From an uncultured Shewanella sp. (GTDB lineage: Bacteria > Pseudomonadota > Gammaproteobacteria > Enterobacterales > Shewanellaceae), in contig NZ_CANMWS010000011.1 of NCBI RefSeq assembly GCF_947501665.1, positions 1,382 to 65,381 on the forward strand: a DNA stretch of 64,000 bases, written 5' to 3'. This document shows positions 37,757 to 48,954 of this stretch, in pieces. How positions within the stretch are numbered: the first letter of the stretch is position 1; every line of letters begins with the position of its first letter. Both the position numbers and the translations under genes were made by a program. The notes under the pieces are model-generated. The model did no database searches and was not told where the DNA came from. It was given only the letters and a program-made list of their open reading frames with translations.

Positions 37757-38167
37757 TTAGTCTTTCCCCGCTGAAACCGATATTTTATCGATACCTGCTT
37801 TCTTCACATTATCCAATACTTTAATGACTAAGCCATGTTTGGCTTCTTTATCTGCTTGAATAAGGACGGCCGCTTCAGGTGCTTCAGCAAGCATTCTTTC
37901 TACGTTTGCTGTGACACGCTCAATATCAACTTGACGATTTTCCATCATAATAACGCCTGTTTTACTGACGCCAATAAAAATGTTAGCCGACGGTTTCTTC
38001 TGCGCTTGAGACGCTTCAGGCTTGTTATAATCTAGGCCTGATGGTTTCACAAACGATGTTGTTACAATAAAGAAGATCAACATGATAAACACGATGTCTA
38101 ACATCGGTGTCATATCAATTTGCGCTTCCTCTTCCACGCTGGAGTGCTTTCTACGTGCCATGTTCAA
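37757..38167 (-). CDS. exbD: Biopolymer transport protein ExbD
   Basis: 136 aa with the IDMTPMLDIVFIMLIFF motif. Confidence 0.9.
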   Translation of the reverse strand: MNMARRKHSSVEEEAQIDMTPMLDIVFIMLIFFIVTTSFVKPSGLDYNKPEASQAQKKPSANIFIGVSKTGVIMMENRQVDIERVTANVERMLAEAPEAAVLIQADKEAKHGLVIKVLDNVKKAGIDKISVSAGKD

Positions 38168-38174
38168 TCTCTCT

Positions 38175-38702
38175 CTAGTGGTGCGGCATGCTGTCTTTTA
38201 GCTTTTCAATACTGATTTTCATTTGTGCATCAAGACGAGTACTGAAGAATACTCCTGATAACGCTGCAACCATTCCTGCCATTGTCGGCATGGTCGCCAT
38301 TGAAATACCAGCTGCCATCATACGCGCATTACTCGTGCCATGAACTGCCATAATTTCGAAGACTGAAATCATACCGGTTACAGTTCCCAGTAAACCTACC
38401 ATAGGACAAATAGCCACTAAGGTTTTAATGATCAGCATACGAGCCGTTAAATCTTGCTTTGCTTGGGATATCCAAGCTTCACGGATCCGGTGTGCATACC
38501 AAGAGGTTGAATCCTCTCTTTCATCCCATGTGTGAATAATTGCTTGATGTTGTTTTGGCGATACCCATTTTAAATACCAGTACCGCTCAAGCATCAATAC
38601 CCACATGACAAATAGCACTGCCGCTACAATCCAGAGGACGTCGCCTCCGGAGGCCATGAAGCCCCTGACGGAATCCCATAAGTCCATCAGGTATAGCATC
38701 AT
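38175..38702 (-). CDS. exbB: MotA/TolQ/ExbB proton-channel protein (short form)
   Basis: 175 aa with the CPMVGLLGTVTGMI motif. Confidence 0.85.
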   Translation of the reverse strand: MMLYLMDLWDSVRGFMASGGDVLWIVAAVLFVMWVLMLERYWYLKWVSPKQHQAIIHTWDEREDSTSWYAHRIREAWISQAKQDLTARMLIIKTLVAICPMVGLLGTVTGMISVFEIMAVHGTSNARMMAAGISMATMPTMAGMVAALSGVFFSTRLDAQMKISIEKLKDSMPHH

Positions 38703-40057
38703 TAGTCGTTCCTCTTCTCAGCGTGCGCCGCAATAATACCCGCACTTTGCTCTTCAAGTACTTGAACAATAGTCTTGCTACGCGCAACAACAATCGCATG
38801 AAGCAGCATTAACGGTAGGGCAGCGACAAGACCTTGTACCGTCGTCATCAATGCCATAGAAATACCACCTGCCATCAATTTAGGATCACCCGTACCAAAT
38901 AACTGGATACTTTGGAAAGTGGCAATCATACCCGTTACAGTACCTAACAGACCCATCATAGGCGCAATGGCTGCAAGCACTTTAATGATAGAGATACGAG
39001 ACTCAAGTGCCGGGGTTTCTTTTAAAATGGCTTCATCTAATTTCAGCTCAAGCGTTTCAACATCAACATCTTTATTGTTGTCATACACTTTAAGCACGCG
39101 ACCTAAGGCATTATTACCAGGCTTATCAAGGTTCTTACGCTGCGCTTTCACTTTCGCACCCACGACACCTAACGTCACTAAACGTTCAAGAGCAATTAAG
39201 GCACCTAAGATAAGTAAAGCAATAATGATGTAACCAATGGTTCCACCGGCTTCAATACGCTCTTCAATGGTCGCCTTTTGAGTGAAGATGTTTAACAACA
39301 CACCACGTACAGGGTCAATATACAGTTTTGCGTAACCTGTTTTGGTTTCTTCAAATTTCTTAATAGGTGAAACTTGATAACCATCAGGTTGCTGAGACAG
39401 CTCTTGAATAAGGTTTAGCTCAGGGTTATAAACCACATACTCATTATTGGCTAATAAGTTAAAGGTACCGACACGGGTCACTTTTGTGTTTACAACACTA
39501 CCGTTAATATCCGTCACTGTGCCATCGAAGGTAACAACCTTACCTGACTCAACCATTTCAAATAACTGCGCTTCCCAAAACTTATGTAACTCTTCAATTT
39601 TAGGGAGTTGCTTACGAGCGGCGAGCTCTTCAATAAAAGTGTTACGACCTGGATACTGAGCACTGATATTCGACGCAGCCAGTTTGCCGGCAAAATCACC
39701 TGCATCCCCTTTAACCACACCAAACATTTCGCCTAAATCACCTTGTGCCGTTTTTAAATCTTCTTCTAACTGAGCAATTTTACGCTCGTTATCCAAAAAG
39801 GCTTGATTCAGATCTTTACCACGTTGTTTTTCATTTGCTAAAGCTTGTTTTTCACGCTTTAACAATGCCGCTTTATCGCCACGCTCATTTCTGAACTCTT
39901 GCTCACGTTTTTTGTTAACCTTTGCTTCCGTAGCACGATCAGATTGTACCTGCTTTAATAGTTGATCAATGTTTTTGGGTGCATCAGCGGCACTCACCAT
40001 GCCTGACACTAGCGACAGAGTAGAAGCAAGGATTGCTGTTTTTATTAACTTCTTCAT
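38702..40057 (-). CDS. MotA/TolQ/ExbB proton-channel protein (long form with a large periplasmic N-domain)
   Basis: 451 aa with a signal peptide, a coiled-coil N-domain, and a C-terminal APMMGLLGTVTGMI channel motif. Confidence 0.85.
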   Translation of the reverse strand: MKKLIKTAILASTLSLVSGMVSAADAPKNIDQLLKQVQSDRATEAKVNKKREQEFRNERGDKAALLKREKQALANEKQRGKDLNQAFLDNERKIAQLEEDLKTAQGDLGEMFGVVKGDAGDFAGKLAASNISAQYPGRNTFIEELAARKQLPKIEELHKFWEAQLFEMVESGKVVTFDGTVTDINGSVVNTKVTRVGTFNLLANNEYVVYNPELNLIQELSQQPDGYQVSPIKKFEETKTGYAKLYIDPVRGVLLNIFTQKATIEERIEAGGTIGYIIIALLILGALIALERLVTLGVVGAKVKAQRKNLDKPGNNALGRVLKVYDNNKDVDVETLELKLDEAILKETPALESRISIIKVLAAIAPMMGLLGTVTGMIATFQSIQLFGTGDPKLMAGGISMALMTTVQGLVAALPLMLLHAIVVARSKTIVQVLEEQSAGIIAAHAEKRND

Positions 40058-40848
40058 TATTGTGCAGCCTCCGCAGCTGGAATGGGTAACGCAAAGAGAT
40101 CGGGTGCACCTTGTTTACGTGCAATACGAATACCTTTTGTGATATCACGTAAATAGCTATCATCTAGCTTTTCCCAGCCCTTAGTGTCAGCGTTATACAT
40201 CCATGCTGATTTTTGATCTAAGCTTTGAGCGTATAATGCAACACGGCCTAAACGGAAAAAATCAACAAGGATTTCTTTGCCATCCATGTTTAATTTACCC
40301 GTATCAACAGCCACAAAGTTACCGTAATCACGCTCGATGCTATAGGCATCAAGAATAAGGCGGTATTTCTCTGCTAATGTGACTTCGGCGCTGTTTAATA
40401 AATTTTTAAGATTCGCTACACGCTCGGTACGCGTTTCAGTGTTGAAAGGCAGATCCAACTGAACAAATTGATCAAGCGCATCAACCATCTTAAACATCAG
40501 AGGTACAACGCCTTGACGTAATGTATCAATACCATTGATATCATCTTGAATGGATTTCATTGTCGCTTCTTGATCAGCGACTAAACCCGCTAAATAATCA
40601 TTATATGCTTTAGTAGACTCGCGCTCATCGGCAACTGAACCGTATTCAAAAACCATATCTTGAGCTTGATCAAAATATTTGTCGACTTTCTTTTGAGACG
40701 CCGCTGACGCTTGATGAATTTTGCTGTCAGCATTTTGGACATTTGAAAGAGGGTCGGCCATCACGAGTGGGCTACCGGCTAAGGCTAGTGCGCCTATAAG
40801 CGCCTTAGCGATTGTTGTTTTATTGCTTACCTTGGACATAGTTCCCAA
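40057..40848 (-). CDS. DUF3450-family periplasmic protein, first gene of the TonB cluster
   Basis: Signal peptide and coiled coil. Its position upstream of the long ExbB matches the conserved cluster architecture. Confidence 0.75.
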   Translation of the reverse strand: MGTMSKVSNKTTIAKALIGALALAGSPLVMADPLSNVQNADSKIHQASAASQKKVDKYFDQAQDMVFEYGSVADERESTKAYNDYLAGLVADQEATMKSIQDDINGIDTLRQGVVPLMFKMVDALDQFVQLDLPFNTETRTERVANLKNLLNSAEVTLAEKYRLILDAYSIERDYGNFVAVDTGKLNMDGKEILVDFFRLGRVALYAQSLDQKSAWMYNADTKGWEKLDDSYLRDITKGIRIARKQGAPDLFALPIPAAEAAQ

Positions 40849-40938
40849 CCAATTTAAAGTGATGAAAAAATCTTTAACTTAACGATAACAGGCATTCTTA
40901 TTGTATTTGACTCCTGTATCTAAGCCTGTATTTCTATT

Positions 40939-40957
40939 GTGATTGTTAATTATTATC
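40939..40957. promoter_or_regulatory. Possible Fur box upstream of the TonB cluster
   Basis: GTGATTGTTAATTATTATC matches 13 of 19 positions of GATAATGATAATCATTATC. It lies about 90 nt upstream of the 40848 start. Confidence 0.3.
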
Positions 40958-41652
40958 TTCTTTATTCCTATGAATGATAGGATGCAGACTGTCACGCATC
41001 ATTCCACAAACTGTTAACCTGTGTCAACATTTGAGAAGGGAGAAAACTAGTAAAAAGCCAAGTTAGAGCATAGAAAACGCGCACAAGGGGTTAATTTGAA
41101 CAAATATGAAATGAAAAGACATTTAATCAGCCATTCACTCTTTATTAAAAGACATTTTTGTTAACATAAAAAACACACCGGGCCGTCCAATAACTCACAA
41201 TAATATCGCTCACCTTAATGACGATTAATTCGAGACAGCGTCGAAATTTAGAAGGGTTACTCGTGGAAAAACAGCTAGAGTTCATATACTAATATTAAAA
41301 AATTTACTTTGTTAAAATTGAAAAGGTTAACAATTTGAGATTAAAAAGTAACATTTATAAAAATGAGAAAAACAAAAGTGAAATACGCCTCCAAAACACT
41401 AGAATTAACATTTTAACTGCGTAATTAATCACCCCAGCCCCCACATAAAGCATGCCGACTAACCAATAAAAATTGGTCAAAACCACTGTTTTTTAAGTTT
41501 TCAACAACACTTTGTTTATGACAAAATGATATATAAAAGTTGAATAAAAAATGAATAACATCACTTGCGAATGCATCATTAATCATCAATTATCTCTCTT
41601 CAAGCAATAGAGCCCCTTCTATAATCTGCTTTACTTCTCTTCAAAATACCCA

Positions 41653-41688
41653 TAAAAAAGCCCCCAACAGCTTAGCTATTGAGGGCTT
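41653..41688 (-). terminator. Rho-independent terminator of topA
   Basis: On the minus strand: AAGCCCTCAA-loop-TTGGGGGCTT followed by TTTTT. Confidence 0.75.
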
Positions 41689-41707
41689 AATAAACATTAA
41701 AGGAAAA

Positions 41708-44374
41708 TTATTCTTTGGCTTTCGCTTTTGCCTTAGCTTTAGGTTTGGCTTTCTTCTTCGCCTCCGCAACCCATTTACCGTCAATATACTTCGCTGTCCA
41801 ACCTGTGGCTTTTCCTTCCACATCGGTAGCAACATATTGCTCTTTAGTCTTACGACTAAACCTCACGGTCGCTAAATTACCCTCGTCATCTTTAACGGGT
41901 GCATCGGCGAGATATTGATATTTTGGCCAAAGCAGCTCGCGATATTTCACTAACTCCTCAACCAGAGGTCCGCGAGTTTCTCTTGATTTAGGGAAAGTAC
42001 TCGCCGCCAAAAATATGCCTGCAGCACCATCTCTTAATACAAAATAGGCATCTGACTTGGTACACTTAAGATCCGGTAAGTGAATGGGATCTTCTTTTGG
42101 TGGCGCCGCTTCGCCGCTCTTAAGCAATTTACGGGTATTTTTACATTCACTGTTAGTACAACCAAAATACTTACCAAAGCGACCATTTTTGAGCTCCATA
42201 TCATGACCACAACGATCACATTCAATAATGGGGCCTTCATAGCCTTTAATTTTAAATTGCCCTTGTTCTACTTCGTAACCGCTGCAACTCGGGTTATTAC
42301 CACACACATGCAATTTACGCTTTTCATCGATTAAATAACTGTCCATGGCCGTGCCACAAACACCACATCGATGTTTAGCCCTTAATGCATCAGTTTCGGC
42401 ATCTTCGCTATTTTCACTAATCGCTTCTTCACCGGGAGTGAGATTTAACGTGGTTTTACAACGCTCTTTAGGTGGCAGAGCATAACCAGAACAACCTAAA
42501 AATACCCCTGTCGTTCCCGTACGGATCCCCATGGGCCTTCCGCAGGTAGGGCATTCAATATCCGTTAATACCATCTCATTGGGGCGCATTCCCCCTTCTT
42601 CGGGTGGCAGCTCAGCTTTATCAACTTGCTCGGTAAAGTCATTGTAGAAACCGTCAAGGACATGTTTCCAATCTCGCTTGCCTTGAGCAACATCATCTAA
42701 TGTTTGCTCCATGCTCGCCGTAAAGTCATAACTCATCAGCTCTTGAAAACTACCCACTAAGCTATCACTGACAATTTCACCCATTTTCTCCGCATAGAAG
42801 CGACGGTTCTCAACTTTAACATATCCCCTATCTTGAATAGTTGAAATAATCGTCGCATATGTAGACGGGCGACCAATACCTCTTTTTTCAAGCTCTTTCA
42901 CCAATGATGCTTCACTAAAGCGCGCGACAGGTTTAGTGAAATGTTGTTTAGGCAATAAATCTTTTAAGTTAAGTACGTCGCCCTGATTAACCACTGGCAA
43001 GGTATTATCTTCTTCATTTTTCTTCTTGATGGCAGGTTGAACCCGTGTCCAACCATCAAATTTCAAAATACGTCCCGACGCTTTAAGCTCATATTCACCC
43101 GCTTTGGCCGTTAAACGAGTCGCATCATATTTTGCTGGGGTCATTTGACAAGACACAAATTGACGCCAAATAAGCTCATATAAACGTTGTGCATCACGTT
43201 CCATATCAGTCAATGAAGCCGACTCGACTTTAACATTTGAAGGACGAATGGCTTCATGTGCCTCTTGCGCCCCGTCCTTACTGCCATAACGTAATGGAGT
43301 ATCAGGCAAATATTTATCGCCAAATGTTTGCCCAATCATCTCCCGTACACTGTCTAATGCTTCTTGACTTAAATTAGTCGAGTCCGTTCGCATATAAGTG
43401 ATATGACCGGCTTCATACAAACGTTGAGCCATCATCATGGTTTTCTTTACACCAAAACCAAGACGCGTACTGGCGGCTTGTTGAAGTGTAGAAGTAATAT
43501 AAGGCGCAGACGGTTTACTCTGAGTCGCCCTATCTTCCCTTGATGTGATCACAAACGAAGCGTGTGATAATGCCGTAACGGCTGCTTGTGCTTGTGTTTC
43601 ATTGACAGGTTTAAACGCCACATCTTGGCATTTAACGACCTGCATTTTTATCATTTCTTGTTTAGCCGTATTAAGATCGGCATGTACATCCCAAAACTCT
43701 TCTGGCACAAAAGCTTTAATTTCACTTTCACGCTCAACCACTAAACGTACCGCGACCGATTGCACTCGACCTGCTGATAAGCCTCTAGCGACTTTTTTCC
43801 ATAACAAGGGGGATGCCATAAACCCCACAACCCGATCGAGAAATCGACGTGCTTGTTGGGCATTGACCATATTGGTATTTAAGTGCGATGGATGGCTAAA
43901 GGCATCTTTAATCGCCGATTTGGTGATTTCGTTAAACACTACACGTTGATAACGTGACTCATCACCACCAATGATCTCTTGTAAATGCCAAGCAATCGCT
44001 TCCCCTTCTCTATCCAAATCCGTTGCAAGATAAATATGATCAGCAGATTCAGCCAAGGTTTGTAATTCTTTAACCACTTTTTCTTTGCCTGGTAGCGTCT
44101 GATAATTCGCTTTCCAGCCATTATTGGGATCCACTCCCATACGGGCAATTAATGCCTGTTGAGCTTTAACCCTCTTATATTCTGCCTTATCTTCTGGTGA
44201 CATTTTTCTCACTTCAGCAGGAGATTTACTGGCCACTTTCGTGTCAGCATTAGCAGAAGTCGGTAAGTCCCGAATATGTCCCACACTCGACTTAACGATG
44301 AATTCTTTACCAAGGTATTTGTTAATAGTCTTGGCTTTTGCCGGTGATTCGACAATAACTAGCGATTTACCCAT
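41708..44374 (-). CDS. topA: DNA topoisomerase I
   Basis: 888 aa with a Toprim N-terminus ([17 protein letters not shown]), multiple C-terminal Cys4 zinc ribbons and a Lys-rich tail. Confidence 0.97.
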   Translation of the reverse strand: MGKSLVIVESPAKAKTINKYLGKEFIVKSSVGHIRDLPTSANADTKVASKSPAEVRKMSPEDKAEYKRVKAQQALIARMGVDPNNGWKANYQTLPGKEKVVKELQTLAESADHIYLATDLDREGEAIAWHLQEIIGGDESRYQRVVFNEITKSAIKDAFSHPSHLNTNMVNAQQARRFLDRVVGFMASPLLWKKVARGLSAGRVQSVAVRLVVERESEIKAFVPEEFWDVHADLNTAKQEMIKMQVVKCQDVAFKPVNETQAQAAVTALSHASFVITSREDRATQSKPSAPYITSTLQQAASTRLGFGVKKTMMMAQRLYEAGHITYMRTDSTNLSQEALDSVREMIGQTFGDKYLPDTPLRYGSKDGAQEAHEAIRPSNVKVESASLTDMERDAQRLYELIWRQFVSCQMTPAKYDATRLTAKAGEYELKASGRILKFDGWTRVQPAIKKKNEEDNTLPVVNQGDVLNLKDLLPKQHFTKPVARFSEASLVKELEKRGIGRPSTYATIISTIQDRGYVKVENRRFYAEKMGEIVSDSLVGSFQELMSYDFTASMEQTLDDVAQGKRDWKHVLDGFYNDFTEQVDKAELPPEEGGMRPNEMVLTDIECPTCGRPMGIRTGTTGVFLGCSGYALPPKERCKTTLNLTPGEEAISENSEDAETDALRAKHRCGVCGTAMDSYLIDEKRKLHVCGNNPSCSGYEVEQGQFKIKGYEGPIIECDRCGHDMELKNGRFGKYFGCTNSECKNTRKLLKSGEAAPPKEDPIHLPDLKCTKSDAYFVLRDGAAGIFLAASTFPKSRETRGPLVEELVKYRELLWPKYQYLADAPVKDDEGNLATVRFSRKTKEQYVATDVEGKATGWTAKYIDGKWVAEAKKKAKPKAKAKAKAKE

Positions 44375-44728
44375 AAATTAATTTGCGCCAACAAGTTTCA
44401 ATATCATGAAAATTGGCTCCATATATAGAGTGTTGTGCAAACACTTTCAAGTGGAACCCTGTTTTATTTGCATTAGTAAGACACTTTTTAACCGTTTTAC
44501 AAAAAATAACGAAAAATAATACTGCGTATTTAAAAACTAATATTCCATGATTAGTCATTAAGCAAGTCTCTTAGTGCATTTCAATTCAGATTGCCCTTTT
44601 CTTTAACATTTATCAAACTTGTAACCTTTGCTGCTTGTGTATATTGTGCGCTAATCAGCGCCGTTTTTACCGCTATCCAGATTGTTTGGGTATACATAAA
44701 ACAGCCACTGCCGATTTAAGGATATACA

Positions 44729-46075
44729 ATGGATCATTTTGAAGCGAACTTTGATGGACTTGTTGGTCCAACTCACAACTATGCCGGTTTGTCATTTGGC
44801 AATGTGGCCTCATTTAACAATGCCGATGCCATCTCTAATCCCAGAGCCGCCGCAAAGCAAGGGTTGGCTAAAGCCAAAGCCGTTGGGCAACTAGGGTTAG
44901 TACAAGGTATGCTCGCCCCTCAAGAAAGGCCCGACCTGCATACCTTGCGTCGCATTGGTTTTACCGGATCTGATGCTAACGTCCTGGCCCAAGCGATGAA
45001 ACAGGCCCCATTATTACTCAACGCGTGCTGCAGCGCGTCTAGCATGTGGACAGCCAATGCCGCCACAGTCTCTCCTAGTAGCGACACATTTGACAATAAA
45101 CTGCATTTTACCCCTGCCAATTTAGTCGATAAACTGCACCGCAGTATAGAACCTATCACCACAGGTCGGATCCTTGCCGCTACCTTTAACGATAGCCGCT
45201 ATTTCAGTCATCATCAACATCTGCCCGAACACGCCAGTTTTGGTGATGAAGGTGCAGCCAACCATACTCGTCTGTGCGGTGACTATGGTAGTAAAGGGAT
45301 AGAGCTATTTGTTTATGGCCGTGAAGCCACAAATCCCAATGCTGTTGAGCCACAAAAATTCCCTGCACGCCAGACCTTAGAAGCTTCGCAAGCCATTGCC
45401 CGCTTACATGGTCTCAATGACGATAACACTGTGTTTATTCAGCAAAATCCGTCGGTCATAGACCAAGGGGTCTTTCATAATGACGTCATTGCCGTTGGCA
45501 ATCAAAATGTACTCTTCTACCATGAGCAAGCCTTTCTCAATACCCAAGAAAAACGCGCTGAAATAACAGAAAAATATAATAAAGCATGTAATAGACCACT
45601 GTATTTCATTGAAGTTCCAACTGATAAAGTCAGTATTCAAGACGCAGTAAGCACTTACCTTTTCAATACTCAGATTATCACCTTAGCGTCAGGCGATATG
45701 GCGATTATTGCACCGACAAACTGTGAAGAGAATCCAGCTGTTAAGGCCTATTTAGATGAACTTATCACTCTTGATACTCCCATTAAAAAAGTGCTTTATT
45801 TTGATGTGAAGCAGAGCATGCAAAATGGTGGCGGCCCCGCTTGTTTGCGACTAAGAGTAGCGATGAATGCGGCTGAAGTGGCAGCGGTGAATCCCCATAC
45901 ACTGATGAATGAGAGCCTGTTTACTTCACTCAATGCTTGGGTGGATAAGCATTACCGTGACAAACTCAGCATAAAAGATTTAGCCGATCCACAGTTGATT
46001 ATTGAATCACGAACGGCATTGGATGAACTGACCCAAATCATGCACTTGGGCAATGTGTATCAGTTTCAGCGTTAA
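44729..46075 (+). CDS. astB: N-succinylarginine dihydrolase
   Basis: 448 aa with the [19 protein letters not shown]-terminal signature and a C-terminal [10 protein letters not shown]. Confidence 0.92.
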   Translation: MDHFEANFDGLVGPTHNYAGLSFGNVASFNNADAISNPRAAAKQGLAKAKAVGQLGLVQGMLAPQERPDLHTLRRIGFTGSDANVLAQAMKQAPLLLNACCSASSMWTANAATVSPSSDTFDNKLHFTPANLVDKLHRSIEPITTGRILAATFNDSRYFSHHQHLPEHASFGDEGAANHTRLCGDYGSKGIELFVYGREATNPNAVEPQKFPARQTLEASQAIARLHGLNDDNTVFIQQNPSVIDQGVFHNDVIAVGNQNVLFYHEQAFLNTQEKRAEITEKYNKACNRPLYFIEVPTDKVSIQDAVSTYLFNTQIITLASGDMAIIAPTNCEENPAVKAYLDELITLDTPIKKVLYFDVKQSMQNGGGPACLRLRVAMNAAEVAAVNPHTLMNESLFTSLNAWVDKHYRDKLSIKDLADPQLIIESRTALDELTQIMHLGNVYQFQR

Positions 46076-46099
46076 ACATTAACGCTGAAAGTCATAATA

Positions 46100-46145
46100 A
46101 AAAAAATAAAAAGCCCAAGATCTGAATCGCTATTGGGCTTTATTA
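46100..46145. terminator. Bidirectional terminator between astB and the Big-domain lipoprotein gene
   Basis: A-run, AAGCCCAA-14 nt-TTGGGCTT, then a T-rich run. Confidence 0.7.
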
Positions 46146-46168
46146 ATCAATAGAATGTAACCTGCTAC

Positions 46169-48670
46169 TTAATTCACAATACTGATACTAGCAACATGAG
46201 TTTCGATTCCTGAAGGCGTCGTGACCGTAATATCTAACACCCCTGTTTCTCCTTCACCATTTCCCTTAACTGACATATTGATCACAGTGCCCCCTTGGGT
46301 TCTATCTTGTATTGTCATTGAACTTGGAATAGGCGTACCGACTAACGTGCTGAAATTGATAATCGTGCCTGATGGTAGCGTTTGATTATGCCGATCAGAC
46401 ACTATCATGGATAAACTCCCTATGTTTTCACCTAGAATAGTCATAACTTGATCACCATCATCGACCCCACTGTCTACTACCACGGGCTCTGATGCATACG
46501 CCGTACTCCCTGACATCACTAAAACGATATTTTTTCTCACATGAATAGACGCCGTACCCGTTGTAATCGTGCCGCAGTCATCATGACCGTAATCATCCGT
46601 TGGTATAGAATTACCATTCCCATCTTCTTTATAATCACAATCATTGTCTTGTGCACAGCCACATAACACACCATTATATTTTCCATCGGCTGTATCAAAC
46701 ATACCTGTTGTATTATCTCTATTACCATCAAAATCAATCAGTTCTTCTAAGTCGCCGCCAGCTTCTCCGCCTGAAGCTTGCGGATTAAAGACATTATCTT
46801 CATTGAAATCCTCAAAAGCTTCATCCATGTCATAGGGCTCACCTTGAGTATTATTGCCCAAAAATAAAGCCCGCTCCGCTTCATCAAAGCGGCCATTGCC
46901 ATTGGTATCGGCAAAGGACTCTTCCCCTATGGCAAAAGCGGTTATGGTAACCCGCCCGCCCATTGATTGACCAAAATCAGTATCAGAGTAGTTTTCTTGC
47001 ACATCAAAATAACCATTACTGTCAGCTGGATGGTTAGCATCTCCCCAATAAGCGCCTATAGGGCGCACATTTTGACTGCGCCAGGTGACAAAACAGGCGC
47101 CATTTATCGTTAAACAATAATCATCGATTGAACCACCTTCGGTGCGAAAAGTGACTGCTGTGTCATCGGGCACGGGATTATTAAACGCATCGGCTAAACG
47201 CGCCGTAACAATGACTTCTGTGCCATCAATATCCCACGCTTCAGGGGAATAGTTATCGACACTGAGCGATACACTGTCTTGATCGGCGATACCTGTGGTG
47301 ATCACTAACTCACTGGACTGACTGGAGATATCATCATATTCGCCTTCATCATTAACAAGGTAGGCCGTCACACGAATAGGCGTGGCCGTTGTACCGGCAT
47401 TGACAGTGGTTTGCACTAAGCCTTCTGCATCCGTTATTGCCTCTGTAGGATATATGTCTAAGCCACCCACAGCTGTATTTAAAGAGAAATACACCTCTTC
47501 ATTACTCATGGGCTGACCGCTCACATCGAGCACCTTAAACACAACTAACGATGTCGCAATACCGCCTGTATTTTTAATCCCTATTTGCTCTGGGGTCGCC
47601 GAAACAAACTCAATACTGCCTCTATCGGCAGGCAACACCTCAATACTTCCCCTCGCCGTTAAGCTTATGCCCACATCGGCAGTAATAGTGATGATGTCTT
47701 CCCCCACACAGCCATTGGCCCGATAGGTACTCGCCGCCCTGCCTTTATTGGCAACAACAGGGGAGCTTATCACTGCCTGGGGCGTTGAAAATTGGCTGCA
47801 TACAGAAGAAAAATACACCTCGACAGGCTCTAAATATGGCGCTCCTGTATCATCGATTAAATCCACAGAAATCGTCGCGGTGCCCCCAGCTGACAATGTG
47901 TCAAGACTCACAGCAGCCAACTCTTCCTCAAAAGGGCTTCCCGAACCCATTTTCACATTATTGGCACCGACCGTAAAAATCACCTGATCGAACTCATTAC
48001 TACTAATACTGGCCGTTACCGTATCGGCTCCTAACTGAGTTGCCGCATGCATATCAACACTGGCCACGCCGTCTTTCGTCACTGCGGTGGTAATAGGAAG
48101 GTGAGCAAGATTGGCATCAAAGGTGACAATCACGGCCTCATCGGTACCGATCACCGTGGCATTTAAGGTACCAGAGCGTTGCGTATTAATGCTATCAATC
48201 GTATTTCCATCATCATCGACCAGTGTTAAAGTGACTTGCCTAAGCCCAGCAACGCCGCCATCACCATGCATAAAAAATGCATGAGTATCATTCACATCGA
48301 TCTGACTTGTAATGGAGGCTGTAAGCGAACCCGCCCCTTTAATATTTGAAGTGTAAAGCATGACCTGAGCTTGGCCATTTTCATTGGTAATCGCGGTGCC
48401 TGTGATGGGATCAAACGTGCCCAGTAGGGGATCATTTAAAGAAAATGTAACTAACTCTCCTGTCACAAAACCTTGTACTGAACTGGTCACAATGGCAGTA
48501 ACAATGGCTGGTGTTGCAGCTGAAATGTCGGATTGCGAAATCGATAAAGAAACGGTGAAAACCTCATCGACCGGATCACTGGACTCTTCTTCAAAGCTGC
48601 CTCCGCCTCCACAGCCAACAACAATAAAGCAAGACAATACGGCCATTAAAAAGTATTTAACTGACTTCAT
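46169..48670 (-). CDS. Large surface/periplasmic lipoprotein with tandem bacterial Ig-like (Big) domains
   Basis: The start is moved to MKSVKYF... with a lipobox (VVGCGGGG). Repeated segments of about 90-100 aa are rich in T/V/S/G, and the C-terminal half is Asp/Asn/Gly-rich. Confidence 0.7.
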   Translation of the reverse strand: MKSVKYFLMAVLSCFIVVGCGGGGSFEEESSDPVDEVFTVSLSISQSDISAATPAIVTAIVTSSVQGFVTGELVTFSLNDPLLGTFDPITGTAITNENGQAQVMLYTSNIKGAGSLTASITSQIDVNDTHAFFMHGDGGVAGLRQVTLTLVDDDGNTIDSINTQRSGTLNATVIGTDEAVIVTFDANLAHLPITTAVTKDGVASVDMHAATQLGADTVTASISSNEFDQVIFTVGANNVKMGSGSPFEEELAAVSLDTLSAGGTATISVDLIDDTGAPYLEPVEVYFSSVCSQFSTPQAVISSPVVANKGRAASTYRANGCVGEDIITITADVGISLTARGSIEVLPADRGSIEFVSATPEQIGIKNTGGIATSLVVFKVLDVSGQPMSNEEVYFSLNTAVGGLDIYPTEAITDAEGLVQTTVNAGTTATPIRVTAYLVNDEGEYDDISSQSSELVITTGIADQDSVSLSVDNYSPEAWDIDGTEVIVTARLADAFNNPVPDDTAVTFRTEGGSIDDYCLTINGACFVTWRSQNVRPIGAYWGDANHPADSNGYFDVQENYSDTDFGQSMGGRVTITAFAIGEESFADTNGNGRFDEAERALFLGNNTQGEPYDMDEAFEDFNEDNVFNPQASGGEAGGDLEELIDFDGNRDNTTGMFDTADGKYNGVLCGCAQDNDCDYKEDGNGNSIPTDDYGHDDCGTITTGTASIHVRKNIVLVMSGSTAYASEPVVVDSGVDDGDQVMTILGENIGSLSMIVSDRHNQTLPSGTIINFSTLVGTPIPSSMTIQDRTQGGTVINMSVKGNGEGETGVLDITVTTPSGIETHVASISIVN

Positions 48671-48954
48671 TGTCAGCTCCTCCGTTAGTTCGATCACAGT
48701 TCAAACAACTTAAGAACAACTTTGGAACAACTAAAAAACAACCCATCCATTTAAATAAGTTAACTTCAAAGCAACGTTTTAGCAACTATAAAGCTTAACA
48801 ATATGATAACCGCTTAAATTTTTAACTTTTAGCCTCTTTCAAGCTGACTGTAAGCTGACAAAACATTTCATCCTTGTCGCTTTCTTGTTAGGCTTTAGCT
48901 CTTCATTGAAAGGCATGCACAAATTAGCTCCATAACAATTATAAAGGAAGCAAT

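Noticed and set aside
37193-37774. 193-aa plus-strand ORF antisense to tonB. The same applies to other antisense ORFs inside the long ExbB, topA, htpG, dnaX, the Big-domain gene, the aacs gene and the peroxiredoxin gene (6623-6979).
   Set aside because: All lie entirely within strongly supported genes on the opposite strand and show no recognisable domains or SD sequences.
41641-41835. 64-aa minus-strand ORF overlapping the 3' end of topA and its terminator; also 44367-44558 upstream of topA.
   Set aside because: These are out-of-frame overlaps with topA or its promoter and terminator DNA, with no SD and no recognisable features.
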